Positions 1 to 12,200 of a stretch of 64,000 nucleotides of DNA are shown one piece after another. Both the position numbers and the translations under genes were made by a program. Position 1 is the stretch's first letter; each line of letters starts with the position of its first letter. This stretch comes from Tubiluchus corallicola (taxonomy: Eukaryota > Animalia > Priapulida): NCBI GenBank assembly GCA_030141605.1, contig JAQGDQ010000170.1:310001-374000 (forward strand). The letters are read 5' to 3'. Below the pieces are notes generated by a model, which saw only the letters and a program-made list of their open reading frames with translations, did not search any database and was not told the DNA's origin.

Positions 1-223
1 AGCAGTGGTTATGTAAAATTTGAATTGAATAAAAATTAAACAATAAACATTTAACATCTACTTTTGTTATTACAGGTAATGATAAAGTTATTGTATGAAT
101 TGTTTACCTGCAAAAAGAATTCTGTATTTAAAGGAATGTTAGTTTTTCAGGATTCAGTGTTTGCTTGCTAGTTGATGTTTGACCATAAATGCTTTTTTAT
201 AAAAATTAAAAATTATACATTAC

Positions 224-3200
224 CCTTCCTTTGTTTCAGTTTCTTCTTTCTTTTCCTCCTTTTTCTCGTCAATACGACATGTATTCACAACTTCCAAGAC
301 TGATTTCCCGGCAACAAGATTCCACTCCCAGAGCTGCAATGTGTTGTCTTCCAGGAGGGAAATCAAACGGCCCTAAAGAACGTACGTGCTGTATATACAA
401 TTTATGTTGTCATACTTACCTTATCGAATTAAATGCAAATACATTTACCCTTCTAATGAACGTTACGGCTGAATGTTTAAAAAATGAACTCAAGGCACTC
501 TACCTTTACTTGATGATTCTAAAATTCAGCTAATTCACATAAACAAAATTCCAATCTCTTAGCACCAAACACTCAGCAAGACTGACATACAGTACATTAC
601 TTAAATTTATTCAATAAAAAAGAAAGTTTTTGTCATGCTGCAGATCAGATCCAAGATGGAACATCAAGTCCCACCATTATTAGTTATTACAAATGTCTTG
701 CTTGACACCAATTTACTCAAACACATAATAAAATCCAATCAGATAATATTTTTATACTCAACTATATATGGAATTGAAAATGGAATTTAATTTTGTACAT
801 TTTACACAACTGAGTGCTGTCGCCATGTGAACTGCAAAAACAGTGAAATTAAAACTAAAACAACATAAAACATGTGGCGTTAGTCTAAACATATTTTGTA
901 AGAGAAGGCACTGAAACAATCTAGCAGACAGATTGCTGAGTTGCGTACTGGACTAAGCAACTAGATTTTTCACTAAATAAACTTTCAGCTACCTACATAT
1001 GTGAAATAAGCAGACGTACCTGGTTTGGTAAGAAAAGCAGTTTAGTGACACAGACAGACGACTCGCTCTGACCGTAAAATTCTACACCAGGAGCTCCATA
1101 TCTGTTATAATGTTAATCAAGGAACTAAACAGTCTTAAACATTCCTAGAAGGTTCTGAAATATTGACAATTACAAAATTATATGTCTATGACAAAGGTAG
1201 TAAATCTTCTACTTGTGTCCCCACTGAACAAAAAAGAATTAGTCTAACACACTGCTGAAAATTTTAATACAGGGTGTTCCAAAAGAAACAATGCAATAGA
1301 AATGTGCTGAAATGGTGAAATAAGCTGAAATGATTAAATCACAAAGAAATGAAGTTGAACATGAAGTCATTCAAAGAGATTAGACTATAATAACTGCTGC
1401 AAGTGCATCCATAATTTGATGATATATCCATATTTATAGGACTTTGCACAATGTTACAATGGACGCTTAAATAGCATTTGTCTGTGCACTGTTTCTTTTG
1501 GAGCACGGTTCTATATAATGTCCTAACCTATTATTGTTGGGATATTCATTATTTCTAGTTTGTTTCTACATAAACAAGTCACTTCAAGGAATGTTCGAGT
1601 ACATTACTGATAGCCACTGATCATTTGTGGGTAAATCTAAAGGTACTTCAGTGTTATATTACAATGAAATTTGAAAGAAAAAACTAATGTTAATGCTTAC
1701 TTTATAATATTGTAGACTTGTAGTAGGTATAGTCAGAGAACATATAATAGGCTATCCACTACACAGGAGAAGGAACAATATACATGAAAAGCGTCCCAAG
1801 CCCTGATTGTGCTGTGCCGCTTGGTCATTTGGGGGAGCATGGTAGGAATGTCGTAATTCGTAAATAAACAAGACCAAGAACAATGCCTGTAGTGCATGTT
1901 TCTAAAAAAATTAACCTTTTTATGTGTTGTAGTCCACATAAAATTTATGCGCCACCTAACATATGAAGTGTTTGTTAACCGCCATTTAATTTATAAATTA
2001 TTTTAAGTAGTAAAAATGATTATTTTAAATATTAATGGATTTTATAAATAAATATTTTGTGCATTAATGTGTTTGTATCTGTAACATACAGGCATCAAAA
2101 TGTCTGTATGTTACTCACTACCCCAGGTACAGTATCTACCCTGCAAGTTTCCTGACTCTAGTACTCTGCGTTTGCGAGTTAAAATGAATTAAATGTGGCA
2201 AACTGGATGCATAATGAGATGATGAAAAATCAGTTCTCCTACGGTATGGGTTTTCCTAGATCCATGATGCTAGTGCTCACGGATCAAAAGCAACTGCATA
2301 AATTACATTTTATAAGTGCAAAGATTTCTGTTGAGTGACCGTACGCAAGTTTCATAGTGTAATTGGGTATAACTGGCCTAATATAACGTCCTAATTTAAA
2401 GCTCGGTACTGTAAGACATGAATGATGAAAATGGTATGACGATTTTCTCTTATAATCACTGCATCAGTATTTATTTCTAGAGCTTCTACATACTGGAAAA
2501 GTATTTGTGATAATTTTTATCGCAGGTTTAAATGGCTAAAAGTACCTTTTTAAATGTTACGTCATACGTGTGTAAACCTAGCTACCTATAGTGGCTGCAG
2601 GGCGGCGCCACACTATGCGCAGGACACGTTTTTGTGTATACTCTTCCATCTCGATTAAGCGTAGCAGAAAATAAAATCTCTGGTATAGTGCAAGCAGATG
2701 GCATAAATTATATATTTTAATTTGATAATATTAAAATAAGAGTTCACTTTCTAAAAAAATATAAAGAAGTTTAAGAAACAACACTAGCACAGTTATTTAT
2801 GTTCGATTGATTGATTCTTCAGCTTATTACTGTGGCCTGTGCTAGTGAAAAAAGTGACTGATGTTAAAATTGCTGTAGAAAATTAGTTTGAGTAGCAACC
2901 ATTTTCCTAGCGCGGATTACACAAATGCCTCAAGTAGCGTGTGTCAGAATCATGTGTACACAAAGATTATGAATAACTGACATGGACGCCAAAATAATAT
3001 ATTACCGAAAAGTGCAAAGCATTGAACAGAACACATGGAAACGTAAATATTGTGCGAGTGTCGCGAGATCGATTTAAACGCGCGGGCTTTTCAGCGAATG
3101 TTGAGCGTTTTTAACATTTGGCTACACAGAGAAGTTCATTATCATACAGCTGTATTGGTGAAAAAGATTATGGGATACGCCGTAATTACAGACAATTTAA

Positions 3201-6200
3201 TTATAAGCCACTCTAAAGGACTGCTCAAAGCGACAAAGGGTAACTCAAACAGACATGAACGCCTGCCACGTTGGCCGTTGAAGTGGATGATGTGCGACAC
3301 AGCTAAACAACACTAGCGTTACGTGCCGAATTTAGTATTGGAGATGGGAACTGACGCAAAACAAAATGGGATTAACCATGCCTCAAATACAAAACTCACA
3401 TTTCGCAATGCTTAGAAATAAAACTTATAAAAGACTAAAAATTTAATGCTACTGTGACTTCATATGTTTTGCTCATCATACATATGACTTCATCAGCCAA
3501 TTATTTAAACAAGAGCAGCGCAATTTTGTCTTGCAAAGGTTTTATGTTTCGGTAGAATGACCAAAAACATCTACATTAGAAGGCTGGTATTAGAAAATTC
3601 TAATAGTTTTAAACGCCTTGCTATAAGCTGTACAGTGAAGCTACAGTAGAATAGAGTACAACTAGGTTAAAAAATCGATAACTACAATTAAATAGTACTA
3701 ACTAACTAAGCAAACTAACGTGCAAACTAAACAAGTTTGCCCAAAACCAATTTGAAATTCCACAACGAGAAATTAAAGTGCTGTTGAAGCTATAAAAATG
3801 TAATTGTCGTTGTTTTCTATTACTATATTATGCTGGAAAGAAGCGCCACACAATAATATCCACAGAAGCATTCACTCGCAACTTGCAATTTAACCAGTTT
3901 ATCAAGTAGTTACGTCCGGCATTAAAAACATGCAAGCCGGCCGTCTACAACAATCCATTACTTCTCTGAACTGAAGCACTTCTCGAGTTCAGTAGCCTTG
4001 GTCAATCAATAGTCTGGGCCTCTCTCTCCCTCTCTGGAGAAACGTTGTCTATTGTAGGTTGGTTATTGTTGGCTATACCTGTATTTGCTCAGGTACATTG
4101 TTATTGGACCAAGTCCAAGGTTCCTAACAATTTCTAATGCTGAATTAACATTACGTGCACTGTTTAGAATATAAACTTTGGCAAACCTTGTACTAAGCGA
4201 GTAAAGTTGGTTTATTTATAGTAAACAGCTTTAATGGGCATTTGCCTTTCAAATTCAAAATACGTTAAACGTTGGAAAGAGTGAGGAGCAGCAGGTAAAT
4301 GGAAAATAAACTACTAAGACTCACTCACAAAGCATGACGCGGGATCTGAAGCGTTTATGCCTTGCTATCCAGTTGAGGAACTATTCTTTCTTATGAAAAG
4401 TAAAGAAACACAAGAAAGTTAGGAGGCTGTGAAATTCTGGATCGGTCGCATGCTTGCATGACATCAAATGATCAAAAAAGGGTACAGCACAGTAACCAAA
4501 ATGAACAGTATAAACTAACATGACCACAATGACAAAGGCTGTATTGTGTTTAATTCTTATTAATATCGTGCACGAAAACATATAGAATTAGAAACAATAA
4601 CACAAGACTGCCTCATTAAACTGTCACTTACAAATGATTTTTTTTGTTTTTAATTAATTTCTAATTTATTTCGCAGGCAAATCCCAAGCATATGAATTAA
4701 TCAGACAAATGTGAGTATATAAAAAACTCATGCTTAATCAGAGAAACGTAATATGTAAAACAACTAACTTGACCAACTGGCAAAGCAAACTGGAATGTGC
4801 TTAAAATGAATTACTTTTTTATGCTACTGTACCATATACTTTCTAGACAACTGTTATAAATTTGCACATTGCTGAATTGTAATTATATATGTTTGAGTGA
4901 ATCAACTAAAGTTGCTAGAATAAAGTGAATTACTTGAATGGGTATCGTGGTGTGGCATAGTGATATCAGCGGCTCTGAATCTTGTTCATAGGTCGGCAGA
5001 CCCAGCAACGCTGTGTGCCATGATAACAGCAAGGAACTAAATCCTCCTACAGATCACTGCCTGTCATCCATACAGTAGTAGAAAACAGTAGTAGTTTCTA
5101 AACATGTAGCTATTGCACCTACGTGATGCCAACTAGATGTGTGTCACTTTCTCAAACTTAATTGCTAGCAGTCCCGTAGCATACTAAATTGACAAGATGA
5201 ATTTAGGACCTTTTTATGGTTTTAAAGTTTGCAAAAGCAGACCAAGACGTGATAATGAATTTCAGGATTAAAGTGTAAAAACTAGAGGTACAGAATGTTT
5301 GCGTTACTATTCCCACAATAAGGCAAAATCCATTATTACGATAACAGTGTTAACCCTATTCTATGAAGCCAAACTCCCTGGCCAGCTCGCCAACGCCCTT
5401 CAGTCCTCTGCCATGCATGCGAATACCATCATTCGACCACTAGAACTTTTACCGAGAATTTATGGAGAAAGGTATCGGTTTTATGTCACGGGAAGAAAAA
5501 GCACTAGCAGCAGGCTGCCTAATTTATATCGACAGACAGGCCCTAAAACTGCTGCAGAAGAAAACACGGCAATCAATACGTTATACCGAGAAACCCTGGA
5601 TGACTTGCAGCGAGCACCGTACTGTCTGGATACTGATACAGCAGACTCGTGTACTAGAATGATATATTCTGAGAAGCCACCCATTTTATTAGTTAGAAAA
5701 TATTAGAGCACGCGAAGAGTTGAGCCAGACGAAAACTATGACACGCAAAGCAGTTGATGTTGCATATGAAAAAGCACTTTAAAACAGATTATAAATAGCC
5801 TTTCCGAAAATTTTACGAAACCACGACATTTAATCTATTACATGTAATTAGAATTAAAGAGGTTGAAGCGATCAATGGAACTGGCTTTACAGTACTTAGC
5901 TGAAATGGAGCAAGCAGTGCATTTACATTTTGGACATGGAGGTAAAGACAAGACGGGCGGTTACTCAAGAGACCCTCGCCTAATGTCAAATAGTTTCACT
6001 ATCGCACCTCTTACACCGTCAGCCCCTAATTGCAAAAGTTAGGAATGTGAAAGCTATATCAGAAATATAGGTCACAGTCTTCGCCGGAAGCTAGATAGTG
6101 CCGTGAGCACTAATCTTTTACCGGTCCCACATATCGACTCTACCACTATGTATCAATTAATATCGCAATTCCTCAACTGATGTGTTCACTCAGTAGTTAT

Positions 6201-9200
6201 GGGTTAGAAAATCAGTAGGTTCAAGTGCCCTACCCAGGGGACCTCTACCGATGGATGGTGATTTAACAACTTCCTTTGTAAAACAGACTGTATGCGGCTC
6301 GTCAAGAAATAGGTTCCTGGCAAAAGAATTGATAATCGGTACTTATTTACCCAAATCGACGTGTATTTACCAACGTGAGCAAATACACGTATTATGCTTG
6401 GTCAGTATGTGTAAGCCTGTACAGCCCACTTACAAGATAAAAGCGCGCACATCTAAATAGAAGCAAACTTTAGCAAAGAACTGCAAGTGCCAAGAAAAAC
6501 AGACCGAAGTGCACTGTAACTTCCACTACCATTGAGGTAAGTTCTACGGACGTTACAGAACGTACAGTAATGTTATAATACGAATAACGAGCTTGAACAT
6601 GTATTCACATTTGCCACTGTTTCATACTAAACCAAAAATTCATTTCCACAGTTTTACTCAATAAAAATCAAAAGTATGCTAATAAACTGTTTATTTCTAA
6701 TAAGATGTTTCTTACTATTACGCCAGTTTGCGAAGTACCTTGGAATGTTGCCAGCGTTCGCAATTTTTTGTGAAATTTGCTTAATTTTTTTATTAATTTA
6801 AACAAGCATTTAGCCATTTCTGGCCAGCCACTGAAACTGCGATTTTCTTGATGCTTGGCTTCTATGTTAACTAATCTGATAAATGTGCTTGATGTGCATT
6901 TGTAATGTCAAATTTCGTCCACTTCATCCAGTGCATTTTTTTGTGCAAAAATTGTTAAAACTGTACATAATAAGCATTAGAACTTATTATGATAAAATAT
7001 TTTATTTACGAAAGGATACATTCTGATCTGTCCTGATTTGGTTCCGATAGCCAAAATGTTGAGCTCAGGATCGTAAGCCACGGCACTGGGCTTGGAAGGA
7101 AATCCATGACGTACAGTCTAAATAAAAATAAATAAATAAGGTTAATATCTGACCTATGGACTTTGTTACATTCTTTTGGCATAGCTGACACTCTTTCGAA
7201 TAAGAAATGCAAAATTTCTAAGCTTTACTTTAAATCTTCAGAAAAAAAAACTGAAAAAGGTTTAAGAAAAAAACCTAGTAATGCAATTTAATTTACCACA
7301 TGAAACATACTAAATAACCTAGATGCTGAATTTATTATCTAGCGCCATGGTAAGCATGAAAGCTGAGCATAATAAAACAAGTTGTTTATACAATGTTAAC
7401 AACCCTCAAATGAACAATAAAATGTCGTACAGTACACCAGGCAGTTACATACGTATAAAACGATTACACATCAGACTGCCATTGCAATATTGACTTTCAC
7501 AACAACGCTCGCGTTATGACGATCGTTGAACATTGTAAACTACTAAACGCGAATTTCTCACGTTCTCTTCTGAATGAAGATGTTTAGCTCCCAGAGATAT
7601 GGCTAATTCTAAAGGAATGTCTCCTTGGGTAAACCGTTCAAAAACAATTTTGGGCATGTTAGCAATATTTAACAAGACGATTATTTTATTGTCTATCACT
7701 ATGGTGAGGTGGGGAGGGGGCGTCAAAGGAGCACCAGACAAAAGACTACCTGTCAAATGGCCAGCTTCAATACTTTAAAATGGTCAAAAGACAACCTGTT
7801 ACTGTTAGGGGGTGGACAGAGGCCCACCAGTCAAAGGACCACTATTTGTAAGCTGTGTACAAGACTAACAGACAAAAGATTGTTTTTATTAAATAGACTT
7901 GAGGATAGAGTTTTCTGTTTTTTTTAACATGAACATAGATATGAGCATTTTTGTAATAAAATTAATTCGAAAATTTTTGAAAAGGATGGTGTTCGCTGGC
8001 TTTTCATAGGTTTGATATTTATTCAAATTACTACATGTGAATCATTGCATGATTAACATGTAGCTGCGCGAGTTTCGGAACTTTAAAAATAAGAAAATCA
8101 CAAGTCATTTGTTGTCATTAGGAAATGTTTGAAGGAAAAACTAATCATCGAACAACATTTATTGTATTTTAATACACACTTAAAAATCTTGAAATGACCA
8201 CGTAATATACGAGCATAAACATACAAAAGAAATTTAAACCATTCCCATCTCCCGCTAAACGAACCTCGCTGCGGGGGTGTTTGAAAAAAACGACGTAACC
8301 TGGTGGACACCACGAAGACACACGTAATAAAACGTCTGTAGTTCATTCAGAAATTCCGCTATTCTAACTGACTACATTTTTTGTTTAACTATGTTTATGT
8401 AAAAATTAGTCGCCGGATCAATTAACAACAACTTTAAAATACTTACATATCCAGAACTTTGATCCACAGGATGTCTAAGTACTACACACAATAATTACAG
8501 GTAAGCATGGAATATTGCGAGCATATAGAAGATACTGGGTGGGTGGGTATTATGTAAAACCTATAATACATAAGCACGCACACAACCACTCTAAAATTAA
8601 TATGGAATATCCAGAGCCAACCAATCGAAATCAAATTCGCAGTTAAGAGCATACGTTTTAAAAACATGTGGAGATGACACTGCGCTCGCTAATCTCTTAC
8701 TAGTTTTTCAACGAACCAAATGCTTGCTTCTAGGTCGTCGTTAAAGCTCCGCGCTTCAGAAAAAAGACACAGGCCGTATGTCATTAGGGTGGACTGTATT
8801 GGCAGAGTTCTCAGAAGATATCTCTAGGTCACAAAATATGAACAAGGTCATGATAGGAATTTAGCTCTTATACTAGTATATAACAGGGATTTTTTTCAAG
8901 AATCGTAGTGCAGCAGGCGTCCGTAAGGTTAACACTAGAAAAGCAATTTCAACAATGTCCTGGCTTAGGTATATGGAACTTATAATTATATATTATATAA
9001 ACATAACGCAACAGCAGCCAGATTTTTTTTCAATTATAGAACAGAATTACATATACTGCGATGACCGAGGGATGACAGCCAAACACTAACGTTTTTAACC
9101 GCTGAAATTTACATCACAGGCGACAAATTAGACATGATGATGATGATAAATATTTTATTACGCCTCTATTTTCAGGCTCAATACATCAATAATTAAACCA

Positions 9201-12200
9201 TCAAATATTAGTGTCACACATAGATAAATACATACAATTACATAAAAAATAAAAGCAATTGTATAGACTGAAGACTGAAATTAGACTGAAGACAATGCAC
9301 ATACATGTATATGAAATGGTGGCGGTCAAAAGGCTACCAGACAAGGGATCACAAGTCAAAGGACTAAGGTCAAATGCCCACTATGGATAAAAGACCACCT
9401 GACATATTTTAAGTGATTAAAGGACGACCTGTCAGAGGATGGATAGGGGACCACCGGTTAATGCATATGTGCATTATTAAATAGGCCATATGACACAACT
9501 GGCTGAACTCTGCATACGGGAAAATTTGACGTATATGAAGGACAGACGGCAAACTGGGACGCGGAGGCCAAGGCGGCACCTAAATTCGTAAAAACTGAAG
9601 ACAAACTACCTTAAATTGGACATTTTCCTCAAAAGTAAGTGGCTCTATGCATAACAAGTGTCATTAGAAAGTGATCCTAGTATTGTCTCCAAAACCATGT
9701 CGATAACTCCCTTCAAAAGAGTGAATTGAACACACCCCCAAGGGTGTTAGAGAACCTAGGAGAGTCAGAGATAAGAAACTGGTTCAAATACCCTCCTTCC
9801 CAGATAAATGTGTAGAGCGAGTTCTGATCATAACTGATACAAAGAAGCTCAATGAGAAGCTAAATTTTAAGAATTGGAAGTAGCTCAATTACAATATCTG
9901 AAATGGACACTTCAAGCAAAATAAAATTATAACGCGTTAAAGATCCTTTGGGTCTAATATAAGAGTTCTAAATTGTGAAATACAGTGCTAGATTTAATGT
10001 TACACCCAAGCCTAATATTGTTTACATTCGGGCTGACGAACTGTACGTCGCAAGTCACAACACATGTCTCAGATTATATTGGGTGGAAGATTGCACAGAC
10101 CCTATTATCTAGTATCTGCCAAGTACATTTGTGTAATAATAGCATCAGTGAATAGCTGTTAAGCACGCGTATTATTGATCTGGAGAGCCAGATTACTCAA
10201 CCTGATTGTCCCACCGGGTGTCAACTGACAGGACATTAATTCGAATGGTTATGTCACACGGGTACAGACGTTTACACAACCTTCCTAATAATAATAATTC
10301 CATACGTGGTAGAGTGATAAATGTTTACTGGATGAGTCATACTATTTCCTTTATGCTAAGGCAGTCGTGAGTCATTGCGTGGTGACTGCTGTAGAATGCC
10401 TCTACGCAAGTGCATTCAACTCGGCACGTTCAAACACCCAGTCTGGCCCAGTAGGAGATTACTGATCTAGCCAGACCAAATCAGTATAATCACAAAATCA
10501 TGGCGACTGGCTATATACTTGTGCTTCTATTGTTAGAAAGCTATCAAAACTAACTCTTCCAAAGCAAATAATTTGAAATGCATATATATTCATTTCTTAT
10601 GAGAATTAGACTAGTTTCACAAACAACGAGGAACCATTTAAAAGTTGTTTTTTATGATTACAGCTATAAAATTGCAGGTCTAACATTAGTCAGACAATTA
10701 TTACTGGGAGTGGATGCACAGCACCAAAGTCCTAGTTTGTATCCAGGCAACCAGACATGGTACGACGGTCAGACAGTACTGCTGGGTGCACAGCACCAAA
10801 GTCCTAGTTCGTGTCCAAGCAACCAGCATGATATGAATAAACCATGAGAGACAACCAGTATCTTAAACAGGTTCGTGAAAGTGGAGCTCTGATGTAACAG
10901 CAGTGACAGAACGTTTATATAACTCGATCATATTATCGCTATGAGTGCTGCCTTAGAAAACTTTGAGAAAACAGCATAGAGTTATAAACATTAAGCAATC
11001 GTGTTAACCAGCGTTTCAAGCCGTGCCTTCCAATGGGTTTTATAACACGCTTAGCTGTACTGCAAACTGGAAAACGCTCAAATCAATATTGTCTAGCCGG
11101 TTTGGCCGCTAGTTAGCCGTTAGACCGGCGGAGCAGCCGAGAGAAGCTAAATAAAACATAAAAAATTAATAGTAAAATGAAAAATACTGGTACATAATAA
11201 TTGAAAAAACATAGGGGCAAAAGTCCATGATTTGAAATAGTAGATTTGAAATCCCAAAGAACACAAATTCATAATTTTCTTAAATTATGTCACCATTTGA
11301 CAATTCTTTCGCGATGAGGTGATAACGTGTTGGTAGTATCGGGAAGTGTTAGAGACATGCCAAGTATAGTTTGCTGCATCTGAATATAAAAGTTATCGAT
11401 TAATAATAACTTCTTCCATAAATTTAATAAGTGATATTAAAATTAATAAATTTCATTTTTTTTCATTTTAACAATGGGCCACATAATAAATTAAAAGAAT
11501 TTAATAAGTGATATTAAAACTAATAAATTCCATTTTTTTTTTCATTTTAACAATGGGCCACATAAAAAATTATGGTCAATGACCAGAAAGTATTGTATGT
11601 GACCGTCAGTGAGCCTCTTTCATTCTCTGATACATTAATCTGTTAAGCTGTGCACAGCAAATAATATGGTAGCAGCCTGAAGCAGTTGAGATTGTGAGAT
11701 AGTTAACAGCAGTATTTGCTAATTTTGGCCAGAAGCAATGCTTCTCATACCAGTACTGAAATAGGCACTTACTCAGTTCCAGTATTGGTTCAGGACAATA
11801 ATAGGTCAAGTGATGTTGATTTGAGTGCTTACAGCTGCATCACTTGCCTTTGCAGTTTTTTCTCAAGACCTTCCCACAGCATTTCCTTTTTCTTTACTGG
11901 TGCATTCTAATGTAGCTCCTGATTAGTGCCGCCCACATTAGAGATTAGTCACTAGTCATCAGTCAGCATTTTTAGTTATTTCAATAAGTCTATCTCTGTT
12001 TTCCTTCAACAGTCTCGGACCTCAGCAGCTCATCCCCAGAAAAGAGAATAATATATGCTTGTAATCAGAGGTGAAATAAAACAACAATAACACTTCAGTG
12101 GCAATCAGACTATGAGCTGAGTCTGCAAACCATTTATGTGAAGGCACAACCACAAGTTTTTTTAATTACTCTCTTGTGTGAAATGTTTTTTTACATTATC

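Larger units (their letters stand above)
1102..7019 (-). other. U12-type (minor spliceosome) GT-AG intron in lgl, 5918 nt
   Basis: Donor GTATCCTTT (7019-7011) is the U12 5' consensus. Branch sequence TTCCTTGAT (1124-1116) lies ~15 nt before the AG (1103-1102), with no polypyrimidine tract. The flanking exons join in frame (AT|A = Ile). Confidence 0.9.

Noticed and set aside
231-533. 100-aa + strand ORF
   Set aside because: Antisense shadow of lgl exon 372-224; no recognisable protein features.
1900-2750. Possible non-autonomous transposon (AAGTTTC..GACTCTAG-type motifs, GC-rich GGCGGCGCCAC patch)
   Set aside because: Could not define termini or a TSD by eye.
11830-11910. Exon-like segment [22 protein letters not shown] resembling the Lgl KLQKEL motif
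   Set aside because: The true motif is in exon 13959-13825; phases do not give an open join to exon 7117.
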